Source: a bacterium
GTDB taxonomy: Bacteria; Orphanbacterota; Orphanbacteria; Orphanbacterales; Orphanbacteraceae
DNA: 64,000 bases
Direction: 5' to 3'
NCBI GenBank assembly: GCA_025782575.1
Contig: JALGYY010000035.1
Coordinates: 20,670-84,669 of the forward strand
Shown here: positions 9,315-17,184 of the stretch, one piece after another
How positions within the stretch are numbered: position 1 is the stretch's first letter
Layout of the letters: every line of letters begins with the position of its first letter
The notes under the pieces: model-generated
Seen by the model: the letters and a program-made list of their open reading frames with translations, nothing else
What the model was told of the DNA's origin: nothing
Databases searched by the model: none
Position numbers and translations under genes: made by a program

Positions 9315-10468
9315 CCAGGAACTTCAGGCCTGTCCGATTGCTTCGGCCAGACGGGGAGCTCCCTCCGAGATGGAGTCGTGCCGGCCTCGCGCTGCTTTCT
9401 CTCGCCTGTCTGATCAGTTCGGTCCAGGCGGGTCCTCGCCTGAAGGACATAGCCCACATTGACGTAGGTGGGGATCTTCAGCTCATCGGTTATGGACTTG
9501 TGGTCGGCCTGGACGGATCAGGGGACTCCAAATCTTCTCTGTTCACCATGCAGTCCATGGCAAACATGCTGAATCGGCTCGGGGTGACAGTCCCTGCGAA
9601 CAAGATCAAGACGAAGAACGCAGCGGCTGTGATGGCCGTCGCCCGGCTCAGCCGGCACCACCGGAAGGGAGCCACCATGGACGTCACGATCTCCTCGATC
9701 GGTGACGCCGGAAGCCTCGAAGGAGGGACTCTCCTTCTCACCCCCCTTGCGACGCCTGACGGACAGGTTTATGCCACGGCACAGGGACCGCTCTCGGTCG
9801 GGGGATTCTCCGTATCCGGAAGCGGAAGCGAAGAGGTGAGCCAGAATTACGTTCTTGTCGGTCGTGTGCCGGGAGGGGCGATAGTGGAACGGCAGTGGAC
9901 CGACGGGAAAGTATCGGAGACTGTGACGATCCTGCTGTATGAGGCGGACTTCACAACCGCCCGGCGCGTCGTGGATGCGATCAACCGTGAGCTGGGAGTC
10001 GAAGCCGCGCGCGCACTCGATGCGGGAACGATCTCGCTCGACCCGGCAATCGCCGGAGGCAGCACCGATCGAGTCACTCTGCTCTCTCGTATTGAGAGAG
10101 TGGAGGTCGATCCGGACGCCGCGGCACGGATCGTCGTGAATGAGCGGACAGGGACGATCGTCGCCGGTCAGAATGTAACGATCTCCAGCGTAGCAATCGC
10201 CCACGGCAATCTCACCGTCCAGATCCGAAGCGAGCCCGTAATCTCCCAACCCGCTCCCTTCTCCGAGGGCGAGACAATCCAGACCGAGAGGTCACATGTG
10301 ACCGTCAACCAGGAGAGCACAGGACTGATCCCCCTTACCGAGTCCGCCAATGTGGGCGATCTCGCCCGGGCACTGAACGCTCTTGGAGTAACTCCGCGAG
10401 ACATGATCGCCATTTTTCAGGCCTTAAAAGAAGCCGGCGCCCTGCGGGCCGAGCTGCGGATACTTTAG
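9302..10468 (+). CDS. flgI: Flagellar P-ring protein FlgI
   Basis: 'RLKDIAHIDVGGDLQLIGYGLVVGLDGSGD' and C-terminal 'LARALNALGVTPRDMIAIFQALKEAGAL'. Confidence 0.9.
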   Translation: MDLLTRNFRPVRLLRPDGELPPRWSRAGLALLSLACLISSVQAGPRLKDIAHIDVGGDLQLIGYGLVVGLDGSGDSKSSLFTMQSMANMLNRLGVTVPANKIKTKNAAAVMAVARLSRHHRKGATMDVTISSIGDAGSLEGGTLLLTPLATPDGQVYATAQGPLSVGGFSVSGSGSEEVSQNYVLVGRVPGGAIVERQWTDGKVSETVTILLYEADFTTARRVVDAINRELGVEAARALDAGTISLDPAIAGGSTDRVTLLSRIERVEVDPDAAARIVVNERTGTIVAGQNVTISSVAIAHGNLTVQIRSEPVISQPAPFSEGETIQTERSHVTVNQESTGLIPLTESANVGDLARALNALGVTPRDMIAIFQALKEAGALRAELRIL

Positions 10469-10470
10469 AC

Positions 10471-11319
10471 ATGCCCACCGAGTCGATCACACTGCAGACG
10501 AATCTGATCCCCCTCGAACGGAAGCATTCCGGCCGATCATACAAGCTTGGTGATGATGCCCTTCCACCGGAGCGGGAGGGAGAGGGTCTCCGTCGGGTAG
10601 CGCAGGAGTTCGAAGCGCTGTTTCTAACGAAGCTCATCCGTTCCATGCGCTCCGCCTCCGAGATCCTCTCGAGCGATGACGAGGCGGCGGGGGCGGGCAT
10701 GATGCGGGAGATGATGGACGAGCATCTGGCCAGGGAACTGAGCGCCCAAGGAGGAATCGGTCTCTCCAGACTGTTTGAGGATCGTTACGGCGACCCGGCC
10801 GGGCAGATCAGGCGGATTGGGAGAGGATCATTGGAACCCCCCGTACGGATTGCATTTGAATCCTATGAAAAGGTCCGATCAGGGGAAACTCAGGGAAAGG
10901 GTGGTCTCGATCGATACAGTGCAATCATTGACCGGGTGGCTAAAGAAAACGATCTCAGCCCCGATTTGCTTCGTGCAGTCATTCTGCAGGAATCAGGGGG
11001 CAATGCGAGGGCGATCTCGTCAGCCGGAGCCAAAGGACTGATGCAATTGATGGATACAACTGCAACGGACATGGGTGTACGAAGGCCGTTCGACCCGGCC
11101 GAAAACATTGCCGGTGGAGCGCGGTATCTCCGGCTCCAGCTCGATCGATGGGAAGGGGATCTCAAGAAGGCTCTCGCCGCCTACAACGCCGGCCCCGGAA
11201 CAGTCGAGCGATACGGTGGCATCCCCCCCTATCCCGAAACACAAGAATACGTGCGGAACGTGATGGGTTACTACGAAGGCCTGGAACGGCTCGGTCAACC
11301 CGGCACTACGGAGGATTAA
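10471..11319 (+). CDS. flgJ: FlgJ-like rod-assembly protein: N-terminal rod-binding domain fused to C-terminal lytic transglycosylase (SLT) domain
   Basis: Rod-binding motif 'AQEFEALFLTKLIRSMRSAS'. SLT catalytic motifs 'ILQESGGNARAISSAGAKGLMQLM' and 'AYNAGPGTVERYGG'. Confidence 0.8.
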   Translation: MPTESITLQTNLIPLERKHSGRSYKLGDDALPPEREGEGLRRVAQEFEALFLTKLIRSMRSASEILSSDDEAAGAGMMREMMDEHLARELSAQGGIGLSRLFEDRYGDPAGQIRRIGRGSLEPPVRIAFESYEKVRSGETQGKGGLDRYSAIIDRVAKENDLSPDLLRAVILQESGGNARAISSAGAKGLMQLMDTTATDMGVRRPFDPAENIAGGARYLRLQLDRWEGDLKKALAAYNAGPGTVERYGGIPPYPETQEYVRNVMGYYEGLERLGQPGTTED

Positions 11320-11322
11320 TCG

Positions 11323-11820
11323 TTGGAGAACCTCATGCACGATCTGGGTGCCCTTCTGAATGAACAGGTGGGAGCCCTCCAACTCCTCGAGGAGGTCATC
11401 CGCAGGCAAAGGAAATTCCTGAGAGGACGGGATGTCCCCGGAATCATCGAGACCGTATCCGATCAAGGCCGCTGCCTGGAGAAGGTACACAGACTCGACC
11501 GTGAGAGGGCCCGGATCGTCCGCTCTCTCTCCGCCGATCTCGGCCTTCCGGGTGATTCTACTCTGACAACGGTTGCGAACCGGATGGACGGTGCCGCCGG
11601 TGAGGAGATTCGAGCGCTCGGTGTTGCCATGCGATCGACGCTCGAGAATATCGAGCGAGTCAACCGGGACAACCGGAGAGTGCTGCAACAATCCCTGAAA
11701 CTCGTGCAGGAAATGATGAGCGCCGCGGTGGGGTCGAAATCGACAGCCACCACATACGGTGACTCCGGAGCAATCGAACCCCAGCGGCAGTCGAGAACGC
11801 TCGTCGACCGAACTACCTGA
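11323..11820 (+). CDS. flgN: Probable flagellar export chaperone FlgN
   Basis: 165-aa helical protein directly upstream of flgK, with Leu heptads. FlgM is excluded because a clear FlgM is found at 25510. Confidence 0.5.
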   Translation: MENLMHDLGALLNEQVGALQLLEEVIRRQRKFLRGRDVPGIIETVSDQGRCLEKVHRLDRERARIVRSLSADLGLPGDSTLTTVANRMDGAAGEEIRALGVAMRSTLENIERVNRDNRRVLQQSLKLVQEMMSAAVGSKSTATTYGDSGAIEPQRQSRTLVDRTT

Positions 11821-11829
11821 GGTGTTGAG

Positions 11830-13209
11830 ATGGTCAGTCTACACGCCAGTCTAGAAATCGCCCGTCGGGCGCTGCAAACCCATCAGCTCGCGATGAGCGT
11901 CATCGGATCGAACATCGCGAACGTAAACACTCCGGGCTACTCCCGCCGGACTACCGTGATTCGTCAAACCACCGATTTCGATACACGGGCGGGCATGGTC
12001 GGTACAGGTGTGGAAGCGATCGACGTCCGGCGAGGCCGCGACATCGTTCTCGACGGTCTCTTCAGGCGTCAAAACTCCAATGTCGGTCGCTGGGACGCCC
12101 AATCCAGTTATTTGCGCCGAGTGGAAACCATATTGAGCGAGCCGGGCGAGGGTGGACTCAGCAGCTCCATGGCACGGTTCTGGGAATCGTGGCATGAGCT
12201 TGCCAAGGAACCGGATAACCTTGCACTCCGTGGCCAGGTCATTGCGCGTGCTAATGCACTGGCCGATACGTTTCACGGGCTCGACTCTCATCTCACGTCG
12301 CTTCAGGGAAGTCTGACAAATGATATTACGGGCGAGATAGACCAGATCAACCGGATTTCGGACCAGATCGCGACAATCAACAAGTCGATTGTCGAAGGAG
12401 AAGTGGAAGGGCACGAAGCGAATGCTCTCCGTGACCAGCGGGACCTTCTTATCGATCAGCTTTCTGAAATCGTCGACGTTCAGGTAACGGAGCAGGCAGC
12501 CGGATCCGTTCTCGTCCAGATCGGCTCCCAGGTTCTCGTCCAGGACGGCACGAGTCGCAATCTGGAGCTCGAAACCGGAACCGGGAACACAACGTGGTCC
12601 TCCCGCCTTGTATGGAAGGGGGGCACCACCGAGGCTGTCGTCACCGGAGGCAGGCTCCGCGGTTACCTGGTAGCCAGAGATGAAGCGATCGCGAGCTACC
12701 GCAATGATCTCGATGCGCTCGCCTCGACATTCGTGAGCCAGGTGAACGCCACGCATGCGGCCGGTACCGCTCTGGACGGCTCAACCGGCAATCTATTCTT
12801 TGATCCCACCGGCACGACTGCAAAGGACATCAGCATCAGCGATGCCGTCGCGGCCAATCTTGATTTGATCGCTGCTTCGGCAGGCGGGCAGGTCGGCGAC
12901 GGTGACCAGGCCCTGGCAATTGCCAATCTGCAAACCGGCCTTACCATGTCAGGCGGATCCGCTACTTTCGACAGTTTCTATAACACACTGACAGGGAGAA
13001 TCGGCCTGGAAGCCCAGGAGTCAAACTCGCTCCTGGACATGGAAGAAGTTCTACGACTTGATATCGAGAATCAACGACTCCAGGTGAGCGGTGTTTCCCT
13101 CGACGAGGAGATGTCGCTCCTCATATCCCATCAGCATGCTTACCAAGCAATGGTCCGGGTCACCGCCACCATCGACGAAATGATGTCGACGCTGATCAGC
13201 GCCATCTAA
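11830..13209 (+). CDS. flgK: Hook-associated protein 1 FlgK
   Basis: N-terminal 'SNIANVNTPGYSRRT' axial-family motif. C-terminal heptad region. 459 aa. Confidence 0.85.
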   Translation: MVSLHASLEIARRALQTHQLAMSVIGSNIANVNTPGYSRRTTVIRQTTDFDTRAGMVGTGVEAIDVRRGRDIVLDGLFRRQNSNVGRWDAQSSYLRRVETILSEPGEGGLSSSMARFWESWHELAKEPDNLALRGQVIARANALADTFHGLDSHLTSLQGSLTNDITGEIDQINRISDQIATINKSIVEGEVEGHEANALRDQRDLLIDQLSEIVDVQVTEQAAGSVLVQIGSQVLVQDGTSRNLELETGTGNTTWSSRLVWKGGTTEAVVTGGRLRGYLVARDEAIASYRNDLDALASTFVSQVNATHAAGTALDGSTGNLFFDPTGTTAKDISISDAVAANLDLIAASAGGQVGDGDQALAIANLQTGLTMSGGSATFDSFYNTLTGRIGLEAQESNSLLDMEEVLRLDIENQRLQVSGVSLDEEMSLLISHQHAYQAMVRVTATIDEMMSTLISAI

Positions 13210-13220
13210 AGGAGGATCCC

Positions 13221-14330
13221 GTGCGTATTCCGTCAAACTCCTTGCAGCTGAACATGACTTTCACGCTGAACCGGACCCTGGAACGCATTCAGCAGCAACA
13301 GATCCGTCTTGCCACCGGGAGGAGGATCCAGCGCCCCTCCGACGATCCCGGCGGAGTCATGCGGGCTCTCTCTCTCCGAAGGCAGATCAATGAGAACAGG
13401 CAATATCAAAGCAATATTCAGGACGGGCTGACATGGGTCACGGGTACGGAAGGGCCGCTGAACAACATAGTGGACCTTTTGAACGAACTGAAAGAAACCG
13501 CGATCCGGGCGGCGGATGACTCAGCGGATGATCGGGCACCGTTCGGCACGATCGTAGACGATCTCCTGAACGCGATGCTGGGGGAAAGCCGCGCCAAAGT
13601 GAACGGGCGTTATGTCTTTTCTGGTTTTCAGACAGACACTCCGCCGTTCATTACCAATAGTTCCATCAGCGATGAAGTATTAACAGCCGGGGCCACCGGG
13701 ACAGCCGTCAATCTGATCAACGCACGAATTGAATCGGGCACCGTCGTCCTTACCGATCTCTCCGGTGCAACGACCTACACCGAAGGGGTAGACTACTCCG
13801 TCGATTACGACGTGGGGACGATCACCCCCCTTTCCGGAGGGGCCCTCGCGAGCGGCACCGATTATCTCGCATCCTATGACACACAGAACACCAGTTCCGT
13901 AACTCCGATCGCCGATCTCGGGGGAGATGTTGTCAGGCAGATCGACTCGGACAGGACCATTCAGGTCAATCTCCTTGGCACTGATTTGTTCCAGGGGTCC
14001 GTGGACGTCTTCCAATTGACGATTGACTTGAAGAACGCACTTTGGAAGAACGATTCCGATGCTGTACGCGGCCTGCTCGATTCGATCGATCAAGCAATCG
14101 ATCACACCACAGAACAATTGGGAGTCATCGGCACTCGGGCCGCCTCCCTGCAACGAAACAATCAAATGCTGGCCTCCACCGAAATCGGGTTGGAGGAGTA
14201 TCTATCCTTGGTCGAGCATACCGATCTCGCCGAAGCGGTAATTCAGCTTCAGACCGAACAGGCCGCCTATGAGTCGGCTCTGGCCGCCACGGCCCGATTG
14301 ATGCAGGTCAACATGTTGAGCTTCCTGTAG
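13221..14330 (+). CDS. flgL: Hook-associated protein 3 FlgL
   Basis: Flagellin-like N-terminus 'RLATGRRIQRPSDDPGGV' and C-terminal 'EQAAYESALAATARLMQ'. GTG start after RBS AAAGGAGGA. Confidence 0.8.
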   Translation: MRIPSNSLQLNMTFTLNRTLERIQQQQIRLATGRRIQRPSDDPGGVMRALSLRRQINENRQYQSNIQDGLTWVTGTEGPLNNIVDLLNELKETAIRAADDSADDRAPFGTIVDDLLNAMLGESRAKVNGRYVFSGFQTDTPPFITNSSISDEVLTAGATGTAVNLINARIESGTVVLTDLSGATTYTEGVDYSVDYDVGTITPLSGGALASGTDYLASYDTQNTSSVTPIADLGGDVVRQIDSDRTIQVNLLGTDLFQGSVDVFQLTIDLKNALWKNDSDAVRGLLDSIDQAIDHTTEQLGVIGTRAASLQRNNQMLASTEIGLEEYLSLVEHTDLAEAVIQLQTEQAAYESALAATARLMQVNMLSFL

Positions 14331-14340
14331 GAGAATCAGA

Positions 14341-14811
14341 GTGAATGACAATCACCAGATGATCTCCACATCCCGCTTCGGAACGATTCAGGTATCCCCG
14401 GACAATCTCTACGAATTCCCCGGCGGTCTTTTTGGCTTTCCTGATTGCCGGCGGGTCGTGCTGATCGACCGGGATTCGGATGCACCGTTCCTTTGGCTCC
14501 AGTCGGTCGATGACGGGAATCTGGCCTTCGTCCTCATCGACCCGACCCTCTTTGATTCAAGCTACGCCCCGCCCGAGTCGCCGGAGGTTCTTACTTCGCT
14601 CGAGTGTCCTGATATCACCGAACTCGTAACTCTCGCGATCGTGGGAATCCCTGATGACGTAAGCGGTATGACCGCCAATCTCAAAGGCCCGATTCTGCTG
14701 AATCCGACGTCCCATCTGGGTAGGCAGATCATTCACAGCGGCGACTATTCTTCGCGGGTCCACATTCTTGACGCCATTCAATCCGGGTGCCGGGCATCCG
14801 GAAGCACCTAG
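14341..14811 (+). CDS. fliW: Flagellar assembly factor FliW
   Basis: 'FGTIQVSPDNLYEFPGGLFGFPDCRRVVLI...PFLWLQSVDDGNLAFVLIDP' matches the FliW family. Followed by csrA. Confidence 0.85.
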   Translation: MNDNHQMISTSRFGTIQVSPDNLYEFPGGLFGFPDCRRVVLIDRDSDAPFLWLQSVDDGNLAFVLIDPTLFDSSYAPPESPEVLTSLECPDITELVTLAIVGIPDDVSGMTANLKGPILLNPTSHLGRQIIHSGDYSSRVHILDAIQSGCRASGST

Positions 14812-14822
14812 CGAGAAGACCC

Positions 14823-15014
14823 ATGTTGCTCATCACAAGAAGATCAGGCCAGTCGATCCGAATCGGCGAAGACATCGTCATCACGATCCGGACCGTCCGA
14901 GGCAAGCAGGTTCAGGTTGCGATAGAAGCGCCACTCGACATCATCGTCGTTCGCACCGAGCTCCCCCCGAAGGAAATCGCCGGCGGGGCGGAGGAACCGG
15001 CCCATGATCGTTGA
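14823..15014 (+). CDS. csrA: Carbon storage regulator CsrA
   Basis: 'MLLITRRSGQSIRIGEDIVITIRTVRGKQVQVAIEAPLDIIVVRTEL' is a near-canonical CsrA. The ORF-track start at 14787 is an N-terminal over-extension. Confidence 0.88.
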   Translation: MLLITRRSGQSIRIGEDIVITIRTVRGKQVQVAIEAPLDIIVVRTELPPKEIAGGAEEPAHDR

Positions 15015-16143
15015 TCTCGATTGCCGCCATTTCCCCGGCGACAGGCCGTGCGTCCATCACAAGACTTCCGGGGCTATCTGTGAAACCTGTAAACATGGCG
15101 AGAAGGTCGGATTCCGAGTCCTGATTATTAAGCTCGATGCCCTGGGCGATGTCCTTCGGACCACGTGCATCCTTCCGGCAATCAGGAGCGAGTGGCCCAG
15201 GTGTCAGATCACATGGATTACCTCGCCTGAGGCGATCCCCCTGCTCTCCGGCAATCCACTGATCGATGAGCGCTGCTCACTGCATGATGCGCCTGCCCGC
15301 CTGGCCGCAGAGCATTTTGACCTTGTCCTCAATCCCGATGCCTCCAAACGAAGCGCCGCCCTGGCGTCGATGGCGAGTGCGAATGAGAAGCGAGGTTATC
15401 TGCTTCGCCCAGACGGCCAGGTCGTCCCCGCGAACGACGAAGCGGCTGACTGGCTCGTGCTGGGGGCGAGGGATGACATGAAGAAGGCCAACCGTGAAAC
15501 TTATCAGTCCCACATTCATCGGCAGCTATGCCTTGATCCGTCCGAGCAGCAAATCTCACTGATTTTGACAGCCTCCGAACGTGAAGACGCGCGCCGGCTT
15601 CTCGCTAAGTCAGGTGTATCGGAGCGACCGATGGTCGGATTGAACACCGGATCCAGCAAGAGATGGAAACACAAGAGCTGGATACCGGAGAGATTCGCGG
15701 AACTGGCTAGACTTCTTGCAGGAGAAAAGTGCGGACCGGTTGTTCTTATCGGCGGACCTGCGGAGCAGGATCAGAACCGCTGGATTGAAAAAGCGAGCGG
15801 TGGGTCGGCAGTGGCGATCGACACGGGGTCCGGCCTCAGAGCGTATGCGGCTCTCGTAGGATCGTGCGGCGTGCTCGTTACCGGCGACACCCTGGGACTC
15901 CACGTTGCGATCGCTCTTGAGCGGCGGGTGGTGGCGCTTTTCGGACCGACATCATCGTCGGAGATCGATCTATACGGCTGCGGAATCCGCGTGGTTCCCG
16001 ACCTGGATTGTATTTGCTGTTATCAAGGAGACTGCGATGTCTCTCCCCATTGCATGGAATCCATTTCTGTTGAATCGGTCCTTTCAAAAATTCTCGATCA
16101 GGCCGGCCTCGTCCCTGAGGGGATGCTCGCCCAAACCATCTGA
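15004..16143 (+). CDS. GT9-family glycosyltransferase (heptosyltransferase-like) with N- and C-terminal Cys clusters
   Basis: 'RVLIIKLDALGDVLRTTCILPAIRSEWP' is a GT9 N-domain signature. 'GPVVLIGGPAEQD' and 'GVLVTGDTLGLHVAIAL' are C-domain signatures. Cys motifs are C-x9-C-x9-C-x2-C (N-terminal) and C-x-CC-x4-C-x5-C (C-terminal). It overlaps the csrA stop by 11 nt. Confidence 0.75.
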   Translation: MIVDLDCRHFPGDRPCVHHKTSGAICETCKHGEKVGFRVLIIKLDALGDVLRTTCILPAIRSEWPRCQITWITSPEAIPLLSGNPLIDERCSLHDAPARLAAEHFDLVLNPDASKRSAALASMASANEKRGYLLRPDGQVVPANDEAADWLVLGARDDMKKANRETYQSHIHRQLCLDPSEQQISLILTASEREDARRLLAKSGVSERPMVGLNTGSSKRWKHKSWIPERFAELARLLAGEKCGPVVLIGGPAEQDQNRWIEKASGGSAVAIDTGSGLRAYAALVGSCGVLVTGDTLGLHVAIALERRVVALFGPTSSSEIDLYGCGIRVVPDLDCICCYQGDCDVSPHCMESISVESVLSKILDQAGLVPEGMLAQTI

Positions 16144-16151
16144 AGGAGGAA

Positions 16152-17162
16152 GTGAAGAAAATGGAGTTTACCGGCGAGCGACTCGTTCCCACGGCGGATG
16201 GCTGGGACGACCTCTTCTTCGAGCACATCACTCGCTATCGGTTCGCGGCGTCATTGGTGAAAGGCAAGCACGTTCTCGACGCGGGATCAGGGTGCGGTTA
16301 CGGCGCCTGTCACATGGCACGTCGCGGCGCTCAATCTGTTTCCGGGATCGATATCGCGTCGGAAGCGGTGAATTACGCACGTGAGCACTTCAAAGAGGAT
16401 GGTCTCCGGTTCGATACCGCCGACGTGCTCGACACCGGCCTCGAGACGGGGAGCTTTGATCGCATCGTCTCTTTCGAGGTTTTTGAGCATGTGGAGCGGC
16501 CCGATCGATTTCTGAACGAGATGAAACGTCTGCTCGCTCCAGGCGGCCTCTTTCTGGTTTCCACTCCCAACGTGCATACATATGTGGCCGGGGGCAAGGA
16601 CGGTGAGAATCCATTTCATGTAAAGGAATATTCCCCGGATGAATTCCAGGAGCTGCTGGAAGCGAGCTTCTCTGTTATTGAACTCTACGCTCAGACAGGG
16701 ACTGCCGGTATCGGAATCATTCCCTGTCACACAGGCGAAGACCGAAGCCCGGAATGCCACGCCCGTCTCGGGCTCGTTTTCCCACCCTCCGAATCTCCGT
16801 GGGGCGAACCGGCTCCCCCACGTGTCGACATCGACACATGCTCCTACATGATTGCGATCTGCGCCATGGAGCCGATCCCCGCCGACCTTCTTCCCTCGCC
16901 GGAATGGTACGTGCTCGGGGAGTCACTTTCCGGCAGGGATGCCGATTATCAGTCCGTTCAAGAGCTTCAGGAAAACCTGATCTCTCGCACGCGGTGGGTA
17001 GAAGAGTTGCAGCGAGAAATCGATCACCGTGATCAGACGATTCGCACACTCCAGGCAGAATTTGATGACCGATCCAGATGGGCGCTCGAACTCGATGCGA
17101 AAGTCAGGGAGCTGACCAGCCAGATCGGCAAGCTTAAGAACCGGGCGGGAATCAGCCCGTGA
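16152..17162 (+). CDS. Class I SAM-dependent methyltransferase with C-terminal coiled coil
   Basis: Motif I 'VLDAGSGCGYGA'. Post-I acidic 'GIDIA'. Motif II/III 'IVSFEVFEHV...LAPGGLFLVSTPN'. C-terminal heptad region 'WVEELQREIDHRDQTIRTLQAEFDDRSRWALELDAKVRELTSQIGKLKN'. Confidence 0.8.
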   Translation: MKKMEFTGERLVPTADGWDDLFFEHITRYRFAASLVKGKHVLDAGSGCGYGACHMARRGAQSVSGIDIASEAVNYAREHFKEDGLRFDTADVLDTGLETGSFDRIVSFEVFEHVERPDRFLNEMKRLLAPGGLFLVSTPNVHTYVAGGKDGENPFHVKEYSPDEFQELLEASFSVIELYAQTGTAGIGIIPCHTGEDRSPECHARLGLVFPPSESPWGEPAPPRVDIDTCSYMIAICAMEPIPADLLPSPEWYVLGESLSGRDADYQSVQELQENLISRTRWVEELQREIDHRDQTIRTLQAEFDDRSRWALELDAKVRELTSQIGKLKNRAGISP

Positions 17163-17184
17163 ACTCCAGGGAAGGAGCTTCGTC

